Below, in pieces: positions 10,452-18,925 of a DNA stretch of 64,000 bases. Source of the DNA: Fusobacteriaceae bacterium (lineage in GTDB: Bacteria > Fusobacteriota > Fusobacteriia > Fusobacteriales > Fusobacteriaceae); NCBI GenBank assembly GCA_051648365.1, contig JBOFEZ010000139.1:759-64758 (forward strand). The letters run 5' to 3'. Both the position numbers and the translations under genes were made by a program. Positions within the stretch are counted from its first letter, which is position 1. Each line of letters begins with the position of its first letter. Under the pieces are notes generated by a model that was given only the letters and a program-made list of their open reading frames with translations, was not told the origin of the DNA and ran no database searches.

Positions 10452-10482
10452 TTTGCAAAAAAAGAGGCTAACGCCCCTTTTT
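10452..10482 (-). terminator. candidate intrinsic terminator after rpmE
   Basis: Minus strand reads aggggc-guua-gccucu (6 bp including one G.U) followed by U7. Confidence 0.5.
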
Positions 10483-10698
10483 TTAGTTACCTTTGTTGTA
10501 TCTTTTGTTGAATTTGTCAACTCTTCCAGCAGCATCGATAAACTTAGCTTTACCAGTATAGAATGGGTGGCAATTAGCGCACACAGCTAGCTTAAGCTCA
10601 GCGTTTTTTGCAGCCATAGTTGATCTTGTCTCAAATCTGTTTCCACAAGTACAGTCAACTGTTAACACATCGTATTTTGGATGAATATTCTTTTTCAT
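10483..10698 (-). CDS. rpmE: 50S ribosomal protein L31
   Basis: MKKNIHPKY with CxC...CxxC zinc ligands. I place the start at the internal ATG (10698), which has gaaggac upstream. The track's 10725 start adds 9 non-conserved residues and has no SD. Confidence 0.85.
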   Translation of the reverse strand: MKKNIHPKYDVLTVDCTCGNRFETRSTMAAKNAELKLAVCANCHPFYTGKAKFIDAAGRVDKFNKRYNKGN

Positions 10699-10743
10699 TA
10701 GGTTGTCACCGTCCTTCTCTATCATTTCTCAATATTACAAGGA

Positions 10744-10772
10744 ATTTTACCATAGATTATTGTTTTTTGCAA
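10744..10772 (-). promoter_or_regulatory. sigma70-type promoter for rpmE
   Basis: Minus strand reads TTGCAA-17 nt-TAAAAT. Confidence 0.5.
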
Positions 10773-10853
10773 GAAAATTATTTTACTTTTTACAAAATTT
10801 AAATTATAATTGTCTCAAGAGTTATTTTTCTAACATAAGAGAGGGGGAGGGCT

Positions 10854-11510
10854 TTGGCCAAAGTAAAATTTTATGCATATTATTTAACAGAAAAAAATAT
10901 TCAAGGTATTGTTAATTCATGGGATGAATGCAAATCTATAATTTCAGGGAACAAAGCTGTGAGATATAAGTCTTTCTCTTCCTATGAAGAATCTAATAAT
11001 TGGCTTCTCTCAGGGGCTAATTACGAACCCAATCCTCAATTAAAAGAAAACCGTAAAAAAAAAGCTGAAAAAAATAGAATAGCTTTGGAAAACCTCCAAG
11101 ATGGAATCTATTTTGATTCTGGAACTGGTAGAGGAATAGGTGTGGAATCTAGGGTAACTGATAAAAATGGAAACTCCTATCTTTCAAAATATTTTCCTAA
11201 ATTAATTAACGAATTTGACAATATCCCTTTAGGAAAAGAAGTAACAAATAATTATGGTGAACTTATTGCCCTTTACTGTGCCCTTAAAATAGCTTTTGAA
11301 GAAAATATCCTCAATATCTACGGGGATAGTAATCTAGTTATATATTACTGGTCTCAGGGGCGAGCAAATTTTCATAACTTAAATGAAAAAACTGTAAAAT
11401 ATATCCATATAGTTTCTGAGCTTTCTAAAGAATTCAAAAAAATAGGTGGATCTATACAGTTTGTTTCTGGCGATATCAATCCTGCTGATTTAGGATTTCA
11501 TAAAGCCTAG
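10854..11510 (+). CDS. rnhA: ribonuclease H1 with N-terminal hybrid-binding (caulimovirus ORF VI-like) domain
   Basis: 218 aa. N-terminal KFYAYYLTEKNIQGIVNSWDECKSIISGNKAVRYKSFSSYEES fits the RNase H1 N-terminal HBD. The C-terminal part has DEDD-type residues (FDSGTG, NNYGELIAL, YGDSNL, NPADL). SD gagggggagg precedes the start. Confidence 0.75.
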   Translation: MAKVKFYAYYLTEKNIQGIVNSWDECKSIISGNKAVRYKSFSSYEESNNWLLSGANYEPNPQLKENRKKKAEKNRIALENLQDGIYFDSGTGRGIGVESRVTDKNGNSYLSKYFPKLINEFDNIPLGKEVTNNYGELIALYCALKIAFEENILNIYGDSNLVIYYWSQGRANFHNLNEKTVKYIHIVSELSKEFKKIGGSIQFVSGDINPADLGFHKA

Positions 11511-11557
11511 TGTTGTTTATATTTTTTCAAATTTTTTGCTTTAACGGAGGATAATTT

Positions 11558-12235
11558 ATGTTCGAACTTTTTGATCAATCACATCTCCTTTATCTTTTGG
11601 GATATGGTTTCTTTACTCTTATTGCTTTTTTTATACTTTACACAATGGGAGGCAATAATGCCAGTAAAAATAGCGCTATTGCTGTCACTGTTTTAAAATT
11701 GGGTGAGCTTGCTTACAGACATTATATTCTTGGGGAAGATTTGATTTCTATACTCCCTTTACATCTGTGCAACATTGCCCTTATTAGTGGCGTTGCCTTT
11801 ATGTTCACACATAATAAAATTTTATTTCAGTTAACTTACTTCTGGAGTATTGGAGCTATTTTTGCTCTCTTAACCCCTGAAGTCAGATATAAATTCCCAA
11901 ATTTTTGGCATATTAGTTTTTTTGTCACTCATTTTTATCTTTTTTTAATCATGCTCTATGGAGTTTTCAAATTAAGATTAAAGCCTACATTGGGTGGACT
12001 CTTTCTTTCTTTTTTCACCATAAATTTTATCGCAGTAGGAGTCTATTTTATAAATTCTAATCTAGGAACAAATTTTATGTTCATTAACTACAAACCAGAA
12101 TTTAATTCTCCTCTAGATTACTTTGGAGAATGGCCTTATTACATTATTCCGGTTGAATGTATATTTTTTATCTTAAGCTTCATATTTTATCTACCATTTA
12201 AAAATAGCAAAAAATTCAAATACAGCAATTTTTAA
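11558..12235 (+). CDS. YwaF/TIGR02206-family integral membrane protein
   Basis: 225 aa, about 7 TM segments. The LPLHLCNIA motif is characteristic of this family. SD ggagg precedes the start. Confidence 0.6.
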   Translation: MFELFDQSHLLYLLGYGFFTLIAFFILYTMGGNNASKNSAIAVTVLKLGELAYRHYILGEDLISILPLHLCNIALISGVAFMFTHNKILFQLTYFWSIGAIFALLTPEVRYKFPNFWHISFFVTHFYLFLIMLYGVFKLRLKPTLGGLFLSFFTINFIAVGVYFINSNLGTNFMFINYKPEFNSPLDYFGEWPYYIIPVECIFFILSFIFYLPFKNSKKFKYSNF

Positions 12236-12807
12236 TTTAAAACAAGCACTCCTTCAATAGAGTTCACTATCTTCAAAGTTTCTTTATCCAGGGTTACTTG
12301 ATAGGTAACCCTTTCACTATAATTTTTGCCAATTGGTTCTATTTTTGCCTCTTTTAAAATCTGATCTATCTCTCCATTTTTATCATAAGAAAAATCTATT
12401 ATATACTCTTTTGTTTCTCTAAATTCTCCTATTTCTCCTGCTAAAACAGCCAACTTTGCTGTTTTAGCATAGTTTCTCACAAGCCCGCCTGCTCCAAGTT
12501 TTATTCCTCCGAAATATCTTGTGGCAACTACTACCACATTATTTATATCCATATAGTTGAGAATTTCACCCATCGGTTTTCCTGCAGTTCCTGAGGGTTC
12601 TCCATCATCATCCGACTTAAAATATTCCTGTCCTTTTTCAGTTAATTTATACACACTGCAATTGTGTGTTGCATTTGGATGCTTCTTTTTTATCGACTGG
12701 ATAAAGTTTTCAGCTTCCACTTTACTTCCCACAGGTTTGGCGTAACCTATAAACTTTGACTTTTTCTCTTCAAATTCAATTACTACTTCTTTTTTTATAC
12801 TTTTCAT
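12232..12807 (-). CDS. yigZ: YigZ / IMPACT family protein
   Basis: 191 aa. KKSKFIGYAKPV, HNCSVYKL and DDGEPSGTAGKPM motifs of UPF0029/YigZ. Confidence 0.85.
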   Translation of the reverse strand: MKSIKKEVVIEFEEKKSKFIGYAKPVGSKVEAENFIQSIKKKHPNATHNCSVYKLTEKGQEYFKSDDDGEPSGTAGKPMGEILNYMDINNVVVVATRYFGGIKLGAGGLVRNYAKTAKLAVLAGEIGEFRETKEYIIDFSYDKNGEIDQILKEAKIEPIGKNYSERVTYQVTLDKETLKIVNSIEGVLVLN

Positions 12808-12816
12808 ACATACCTC

Positions 12817-14040
12817 TCATCCAAAAAATTCCATACTTTTTATTAAAAGATTATACCATATATTTGTTAGTGGCATAATCGGAAATATAAGTGATATAAA
12901 ACACAAAATTATATAGACACTACCCAAAGGAGTTATTATTAAACTCATAAATATAGCTTTCAGTGAAAATGTTCCTAAGTTATAATAAATCAAAGGGGCA
13001 ATTCCAAGTTGGAGAAAAATTGTAAAGAAAATATAATTTCCTACCATCAAAATCCCTTTATTAAAAAAATATTTTCTTTTTTCTAGTTTTTTTTCAAATG
13101 TTTTTATAAAATATTTTTGAACTAAAACAAAAACAAAAATTATCATCATAGCCCAGTAGGATAAAACAAAAGACAGCTCTTTGTATATCGAAGGTTTTAA
13201 TATAATTCCAATTATAAAAGCCAAAGCCAGGGATTTTATATTATCTGAATTTTCAGACAATATATTTCCCATTAGGTATATCACGGCCATTATATATGCT
13301 CTTTCCAAGGATGCTGACTCCCTTACAGATATAAAATACAGTGTTATAGTGAAAAGCATAAAAAGATTTTTTTCTCTTTTATATAACTTTGTTTTCTTTA
13401 AAAGAAACTCCATGAGGAAAAGAAGTATTCCTAAATGCATTCCAGATATGGCAAGAAGGTGCGATACTCCATTTTCTATAAAAAGTTTTTTTATTTTGGG
13501 AGAAAGAGCTTCTTTTTCTCCTGATACAACTGCGAAAAAAAGATTTTTTTCTTCATTCCTTGAATCTTTCGACAACTTCTCATTTCTTCTCTGAAATTTC
13601 TCTTTCAAACTCCATTTTTCTAACTTTTTTATCTTTTCAGGCTTCAGATAATACCTTATCTCATTCTCTCTTTCGTATATTCTTTCTATTCTTCCCTCAA
13701 CTTCGTAATCTCCATTTTTAACTCTATCTAATATCACCACACTTCTTTTCTGTGGAAATTTATCTTTAATTTTAAGTATTTTTCCTCTACCGTCATATAT
13801 TTCAACCTCTACTTTAGAGAGAAAATCTCCTTTTGTGTAAATTTTTCTATCCATCCTCATCAAAAAACTAATTAAAAAAACAGCAGGTATAATCCAATAG
13901 AAAAAAATCTTTTTTCTAAGTGTTACACCTACTGCCATCACTAAAAAAACAAACACGAATACACCGTATGGTTCAGGAAAAAAATTTAGAATAACAATTC
14001 CTAAAAATACTTCAATTGCCAAAAGGTATATAGTGTCCAT
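12817..14040 (-). CDS. ComEC/Rec2-family membrane protein (short form, no metallo-beta-lactamase domain)
   Basis: 407 aa. N-terminal TM segments plus an OB-like insert, then a competence-domain motif (VSHLLAISGMHLGILLF) and further TM helices. The ORF ends without a C-terminal MBL domain. Confidence 0.7.
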   Translation of the reverse strand: MDTIYLLAIEVFLGIVILNFFPEPYGVFVFVFLVMAVGVTLRKKIFFYWIIPAVFLISFLMRMDRKIYTKGDFLSKVEVEIYDGRGKILKIKDKFPQKRSVVILDRVKNGDYEVEGRIERIYERENEIRYYLKPEKIKKLEKWSLKEKFQRRNEKLSKDSRNEEKNLFFAVVSGEKEALSPKIKKLFIENGVSHLLAISGMHLGILLFLMEFLLKKTKLYKREKNLFMLFTITLYFISVRESASLERAYIMAVIYLMGNILSENSDNIKSLALAFIIGIILKPSIYKELSFVLSYWAMMIIFVFVLVQKYFIKTFEKKLEKRKYFFNKGILMVGNYIFFTIFLQLGIAPLIYYNLGTFSLKAIFMSLIITPLGSVYIILCFISLIFPIMPLTNIWYNLLIKSMEFFG

Positions 14041-14042
14041 GC

Positions 14043-15335
14043 CTACTCCTTATATTTAAAATAAAAAATAAAAGATATCAAAAAAGATATTGCTGAAAAA
14101 AGAGAACTATTATATATTCCTCTGTTTGTAACTACTCCTTCTCCCCCTGAAGCTAGGACTATCGGAAGTATAAATATCGAGATTAGAAAAGCCATCTTTA
14201 AAAAGAATCCCTGTATTCCAAAACAGACTCCTTCTATTCTCTCTCCAGAACGCTGACTTATCCTGGTTCCTATTTCGCTTAGCATTGCCGGTGGAAAAAT
14301 AAAAGCTGACCCTGATACAGGTATCCCGATAAGAGCGAAAATAGCATAACCATAACTAGCTGGAATTATTTTTCCTAAATTAAACAGTACAATAGAAAGA
14401 AAAGAAAGTACCAGTAAACAAGCGAGCATTACCTTCCTATATCCTATTTTTTTAGAAAGTTTTACTGTAGGAATAAAAAATAAAGCAGCTACTCCAAAAA
14501 GCATTACTGCTGCAAGGGTTATCCCTCCTTTCCCCTGCCCCATAACATCTTCAACATAGTAATTCATCACAGCTCTTAAGTTATTAAACCCTACAAAATA
14601 AAAGAGAAGTCCAAAAAGGTAATGGATAAAAGAACTATCTTTTAATACTATTTTTAAAGTGGATTTGAAATCTGCTTTAGAAACTCCACCTACGGAAAGT
14701 TTTTTTTCAGGAACACCAAAAACAGTAAAAAAAGCTCCTATTACGGAAAGAACACTCAATGTTATAACCATACCTCTCACTCCCTGAAGTGTATCTCCTT
14801 TTCCTAAAATTTTTATAAGTATTCCGGGAGCAATCATAGCTAAAGCACTATAAAGTAATCGGAATACTGACTGCCAGGTAGACAAGGATAGACGTTCATC
14901 CTTATCCTGGCCTATTTCTGGGATAAGGGAGTTGTATGGTCCTCCTACCACTGTATAAAATGTGAAAAAAAGAGATCCAACCACCGTTAGGTAGATAAAT
15001 GTTACTACCTCACTTCCCAAAGGAGGGTAGAAAAAGGCAACTGTTGCAACTGCAAGCGGAATCGTTCCTACAGCTATATAAGGAATTCTTCTTCCCCACC
15101 TGGTTGATGTTCTATCCGATAAATATCCAACTAAAGGATCTGTTATCACATCGACACTCCGAGATAAAGCTAATGCTATAGATAACATTATAGGAGGAAT
15201 AATAATTTTTAATCCAGAATTTGCGGGTGGCAGATAAAAATAAAGTATCCATTGGGCAAAAATTTGATCTACAATGGCATAACTGACCCCTGCTCCGTAT
15301 AATATTTTTGTGCTTAGTTTTAAATGTCCCCTCAT
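14043..15335 (-). CDS. MFS transporter, glycoside-pentoside-hexuronide (GPH):cation symporter-like
   Basis: 430 aa, about 12 TM segments. DPLVGYLSDRTSTRWGRRIPY is the GPH/MelB-type loop 2-3 motif. Confidence 0.75.
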   Translation of the reverse strand: MRGHLKLSTKILYGAGVSYAIVDQIFAQWILYFYLPPANSGLKIIIPPIMLSIALALSRSVDVITDPLVGYLSDRTSTRWGRRIPYIAVGTIPLAVATVAFFYPPLGSEVVTFIYLTVVGSLFFTFYTVVGGPYNSLIPEIGQDKDERLSLSTWQSVFRLLYSALAMIAPGILIKILGKGDTLQGVRGMVITLSVLSVIGAFFTVFGVPEKKLSVGGVSKADFKSTLKIVLKDSSFIHYLFGLLFYFVGFNNLRAVMNYYVEDVMGQGKGGITLAAVMLFGVAALFFIPTVKLSKKIGYRKVMLACLLVLSFLSIVLFNLGKIIPASYGYAIFALIGIPVSGSAFIFPPAMLSEIGTRISQRSGERIEGVCFGIQGFFLKMAFLISIFILPIVLASGGEGVVTNRGIYNSSLFSAISFLISFIFYFKYKE

Positions 15336-15353
15336 TTCACACCCCTGTATTTT

Positions 15354-16514
15354 TTATTTTATAATGGGAATTTTCATATCTTCATAATGATTTACCATTT
15401 TATATATTTCTGAAGCCCTTTCATTGAAATAAAAAAGTTTATGCTCATTAAAATTTAAATATTTATTTATATTTTTCTTACCTACCAGAATAGGGACTCT
15501 GCTATCTCTATTTTTTTTAAAATATTTTAGATATTCCTGTCCCTTTTGGCTAAAGCCTAGTATATTTATATATGGTAGATTTTCTTTTGTCTCTTTCGTT
15601 ATATCTACTGTCAATCCAGTTAAAATATGTATCAATATTCTTTGAAGCCTTCCTATCGTGTATCTTTTTGTTATTAATTTTTGAAAGAAATTCTTGAAGT
15701 CTAAATTTTCTAAAGCACAGTTATAAAGTCTATTTTCCAACCCTATCTCAATATCTTGAATAGTTTTTAAAGAATCGTAATCTTTTAAAATAGCATATCT
15801 TATTAACGGATAATACTCTTCCAATAAAGCTATTTTCTCATGTTTTATGAGTTCTACAGTAGCTTCCGGCAAATAGTGTTCAACAGAATCCTTTTCCCCT
15901 ATCATTTTTCTTATTCCAGTAGCTGAAGCTATTTCACCGACACCTTCTAAATCATGATATCCTGCACCTATTCTTTTTATAGGAACCATTTTCACTCTTC
16001 TTTTAAGTTTTTTTTCGCTTTTAACATACTCTATTCCCAGTATATCATTGGATTTGATTTTCTGTGTCACTCCTAAATTTATTAACGATTCAGAATATGC
16101 CGTTGGGTATGAAAAACCCTTTTTCAAATAGCTTTCTAAATATGATTTAAACTCAGCACATTCCTCCATAGTAGCTATCTTTTCTATTCCTTCAATATCT
16201 CCGCTTTCAGAACCGAAAACTACCCATTCTACTTCCAACTCACCTAAAATTTCCATAGCTCCTTTCGCAAAAATTTCGGCACTCTGGCTAGAATAAAAAA
16301 TAGGAAGTTCGACTATTAAATCAATTTCGTTTGCAAGGGCTATTTCGGCTCTTTTAAATCTATTAATACAGGCTATTTCTCCTCTCTGGGTAAAATCTCC
16401 ACTCATCACCGCTATTATTAAATCTGCTCCTGTTACCTCTTTAGCCCTCTCTAGGTGGTATCTATGTCCGTTATGAAACGGATTGTATTCTACAATAACT
16501 CCTACTGCTTTCAT
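15354..16514 (-). CDS. tmcAL: tRNA(Met) cytidine acetate ligase (UPF0348/YlbM)
   Basis: 386 aa. GVIVEYNPFHNGHRYHL N-terminal nucleotidyltransferase motif of TmcAL. Confidence 0.8.
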   Translation of the reverse strand: MKAVGVIVEYNPFHNGHRYHLERAKEVTGADLIIAVMSGDFTQRGEIACINRFKRAEIALANEIDLIVELPIFYSSQSAEIFAKGAMEILGELEVEWVVFGSESGDIEGIEKIATMEECAEFKSYLESYLKKGFSYPTAYSESLINLGVTQKIKSNDILGIEYVKSEKKLKRRVKMVPIKRIGAGYHDLEGVGEIASATGIRKMIGEKDSVEHYLPEATVELIKHEKIALLEEYYPLIRYAILKDYDSLKTIQDIEIGLENRLYNCALENLDFKNFFQKLITKRYTIGRLQRILIHILTGLTVDITKETKENLPYINILGFSQKGQEYLKYFKKNRDSRVPILVGKKNINKYLNFNEHKLFYFNERASEIYKMVNHYEDMKIPIIK

Positions 16515-17291
16515 TTAGTTTTTTCCTTTATTTCTATAATATAGTGTGTGTAAACCTTTTATACTCAATTCTGGAAGATAAATGTCAATCTCCTTTATCT
16601 CTGCAGAAAGAATTTTACCAAGTCCTCCTGTAGCGATTATATATGGATCTTCTACTTTTTCCTTTATTTTTTTTATTATATGCTTGATCTGACCAGCATA
16701 TCCAAAGAAAATTCCAGCCTGGATCTGCTCACTGGTATTTCTTCCTAGAACAGATTCTGGAGTACTAAATTTTACCTTCGGAAGTTTTGCCGTATTTCCA
16801 AAAAGTGCATTTATGGACATCTCTATCCCTGGTAGAATACCACCTCCTACATATATATTTTTTTTCATAACTTCATAGGTAGTTGCTGTTCCTAGATCAA
16901 AAATAATAAGATTTTTATCTGGATATTCAGTTACAGCCTGGACGATGTCTATAATTCTATCTGGTCCAAAACCTGTCGGGTTCATCTCTTCCGCAAATTT
17001 GAAAGGAATATCCAGCTCCAAATCAACTATCATAGTTTCCAAATTAAAATATTTTCTCCCTAAAAATTTAAATAGATTTATAAGTCCCGGAACCACTGAA
17101 GAAACTATTATTCCATTTATTTTTTTCAAATTTATGTTATTAAATTCAGCTATATTTCTCAAATATGAAAAATATTCGTCTTCAGTCATCTTTTCATTTG
17201 AAGCCACCCTAAAACTCAGAAGAACATCTCCTTTTTTATTCATTACTCCTGTTACAACATGGGTATTTCCAACATCTATAGCTAATAGCAT
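16515..17291 (-). CDS. coaX: type III pantothenate kinase
   Basis: 258 aa. MLLAIDVGNTH, DLGTATT and ATGG motifs of CoaX. Confidence 0.9.
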   Translation of the reverse strand: MLLAIDVGNTHVVTGVMNKKGDVLLSFRVASNEKMTEDEYFSYLRNIAEFNNINLKKINGIIVSSVVPGLINLFKFLGRKYFNLETMIVDLELDIPFKFAEEMNPTGFGPDRIIDIVQAVTEYPDKNLIIFDLGTATTYEVMKKNIYVGGGILPGIEMSINALFGNTAKLPKVKFSTPESVLGRNTSEQIQAGIFFGYAGQIKHIIKKIKEKVEDPYIIATGGLGKILSAEIKEIDIYLPELSIKGLHTLYYRNKGKN

Positions 17292-17354
17292 AAATCCTCC
17301 TAAACTTTCTTTATATGATAATATATAAGTTTACCCTAAATTGCTTTTTCTGAC

Positions 17355-17392
17355 AAGAAAAAAAGAGAGCTTTTCTTTCACTCTCCTTTTTT
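17355..17392 (-). terminator. weak candidate terminator at the end of the hypothetical two-gene operon
   Basis: Minus strand reads gagag-(11 nt)-cucuc followed by U7. The stem overlaps the stop codon at 17378. Confidence 0.35.
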
Positions 17393-18064
17393 TTCTGTTA
17401 CCACACTGATTTTGTCTACAGTACTGATTTTAAATTCTTTATCTCTAAAAGTTGCTGCATGTGGATTCACAATATAAATGCTATAGTCTAGTTTTGTTGT
17501 ATTACTATTCAAAAATTTGAATTTTTCAATAATTTTTCCTTTTCGGTTACCTATATTAATTTCAATATTACTTAACTCATTTAAAAATTTTTCCAAACTA
17601 CTTCTATCCATTTCCAAAAGGTCTTCTAAAGAATTTTGACTAAATATCAATTCTCCAGATTTATCAAATGAGTTGTGCAAATACCAATAAATTTTATAAA
17701 GAAAAGGAGCATATATATTTTTATCAAATTCCTGTACCCTTTTCAATATTTCTTGAGAGTACGGATTTAATTTCTCCTTTATCCCCTCTTTTTCCAGCTC
17801 ATCCAAATCTCTATTCTTTGAATCTGTACGTTCCTTTTTTCTGATTTCTTTTTTAAATTCATAAACAAGGTCTGAAAGAATCTCTCTCAAATCTTCGTAG
17901 TACTCAAACTCTTCCCCGTCAGTTCTTCCGCCTTCTTCCATACTAGAAAGAAATTCATCATAGCTTTCCATAAACTCATCATTAAAATAAGTTAAAAGTT
18001 TTTTCGCTTCATCCAATGTCAGTTTTATGGTGAAATTCATTTTTTTATCTTTTATATTATACAT
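17378..18064 (-). CDS. hypothetical protein (acidic N-terminus, K/E-rich linker, possible winged-helix-like C-terminus)
   Basis: 228-aa ORF with SD gaggag 9 nt upstream. I recognise no family motif. It lies 56 nt downstream of the preceding hypothetical gene with no promoter in between. Confidence 0.6.
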   Translation of the reverse strand: MYNIKDKKMNFTIKLTLDEAKKLLTYFNDEFMESYDEFLSSMEEGGRTDGEEFEYYEDLREILSDLVYEFKKEIRKKERTDSKNRDLDELEKEGIKEKLNPYSQEILKRVQEFDKNIYAPFLYKIYWYLHNSFDKSGELIFSQNSLEDLLEMDRSSLEKFLNELSNIEINIGNRKGKIIEKFKFLNSNTTKLDYSIYIVNPHAATFRDKEFKISTVDKISVVTEKKGE

Positions 18065-18120
18065 AAAATCAACTCCTCATCTTTTTATACTGTAGAGTGT
18101 CAATTTTTCATTTTTTAATC

Positions 18121-18816
18121 TTAAACCTCTTTTGTTTCTGATTCTTCTTCTGTTTTTTCTTCTTTGGGAATAGGGTTTCCATACATCCATTCAACCTGTC
18201 TTCTCAGACCTGTAAGATCATATTCTTTCCCATCTATTGTAACCTTATCGTTTTCGGGCATATCTATGAACCCCTCTTCCAATTCTATTGATTTATCAAG
18301 AGATATCTGTATTTTTATGCTTTTTTCTGGATTATCTAGAGGTCTGAATTCTGTCTTTACCATTTTTATAAGATCGTCTTTCGCAATAATATCTGCTATC
18401 AGTTGAGGGGAAAATCTTCTTTGTGGCGGATAGTCAGCTATAAATAATTTTTCTCCAGCAACAAACTTAACTTTTCCTTCATCATCCTTTTCAAAGATAT
18501 CTATTGTATATAATCCTCTATCTTTTATTAAAATCTTTTCAAGATCTAATATCTTTTTCCCTGTTCCAAAAGGATCTACTAACGGAATAAAATCTCCCTT
18601 TGTAATAAGTTCATCACTAGGTGAATTCAATCTTACTTCAAATTTAGTAGGTTTCTCTATCTCTTCTAAAGTTATAATAATTGATAGATTCATCATAGGA
18701 AATGGAAATATAGGTTGGATAAGATTGTCAAAAGCCCCCATTATATCTATTGCCCCTGGTACATGTTGATTCATCTGAGCCTTGTGTGCTACTATTATAT
18801 TTTTTAATTTCGCCAT
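18121..18816 (-). CDS. hypothetical protein (beta-rich N-terminal half, acidic C-terminal tail)
   Basis: 231-aa ORF with strong SD aggagg 6 nt upstream. No signal peptide, no TM segment, no catalytic motif recognised. Confidence 0.6.
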   Translation of the reverse strand: MAKLKNIIVAHKAQMNQHVPGAIDIMGAFDNLIQPIFPFPMMNLSIIITLEEIEKPTKFEVRLNSPSDELITKGDFIPLVDPFGTGKKILDLEKILIKDRGLYTIDIFEKDDEGKVKFVAGEKLFIADYPPQRRFSPQLIADIIAKDDLIKMVKTEFRPLDNPEKSIKIQISLDKSIELEEGFIDMPENDKVTIDGKEYDLTGLRRQVEWMYGNPIPKEEKTEEESETKEV

Positions 18817-18868
18817 TTTTCCTCCTGTTTTTTCATCTTTATGTTTATTTTCGATTTCTCGTACTATA

Positions 18869-18897
18869 TTTATACAATTTTAACTAATTTTTGTCAA
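18869..18897 (-). promoter_or_regulatory. sigma70-type promoter of the hypothetical operon
   Basis: Minus strand reads TTGACA-17 nt-TATAAA. The -35 sits inside a 7-bp inverted repeat ACTAATT-N9-AATTAGT (18883..18905). Confidence 0.55.
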
Positions 18898-18925
18898 CAA
18901 TTAGTAGTTTTTATTGATTTTATTT

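Noticed and set aside
12232-12235. Convergent ywaF-family and yigZ genes overlap by their stop codons (TTTAA), with no terminator between them.
   Set aside because: Trivial compaction. Both ORFs are intact and nothing else is encoded there.
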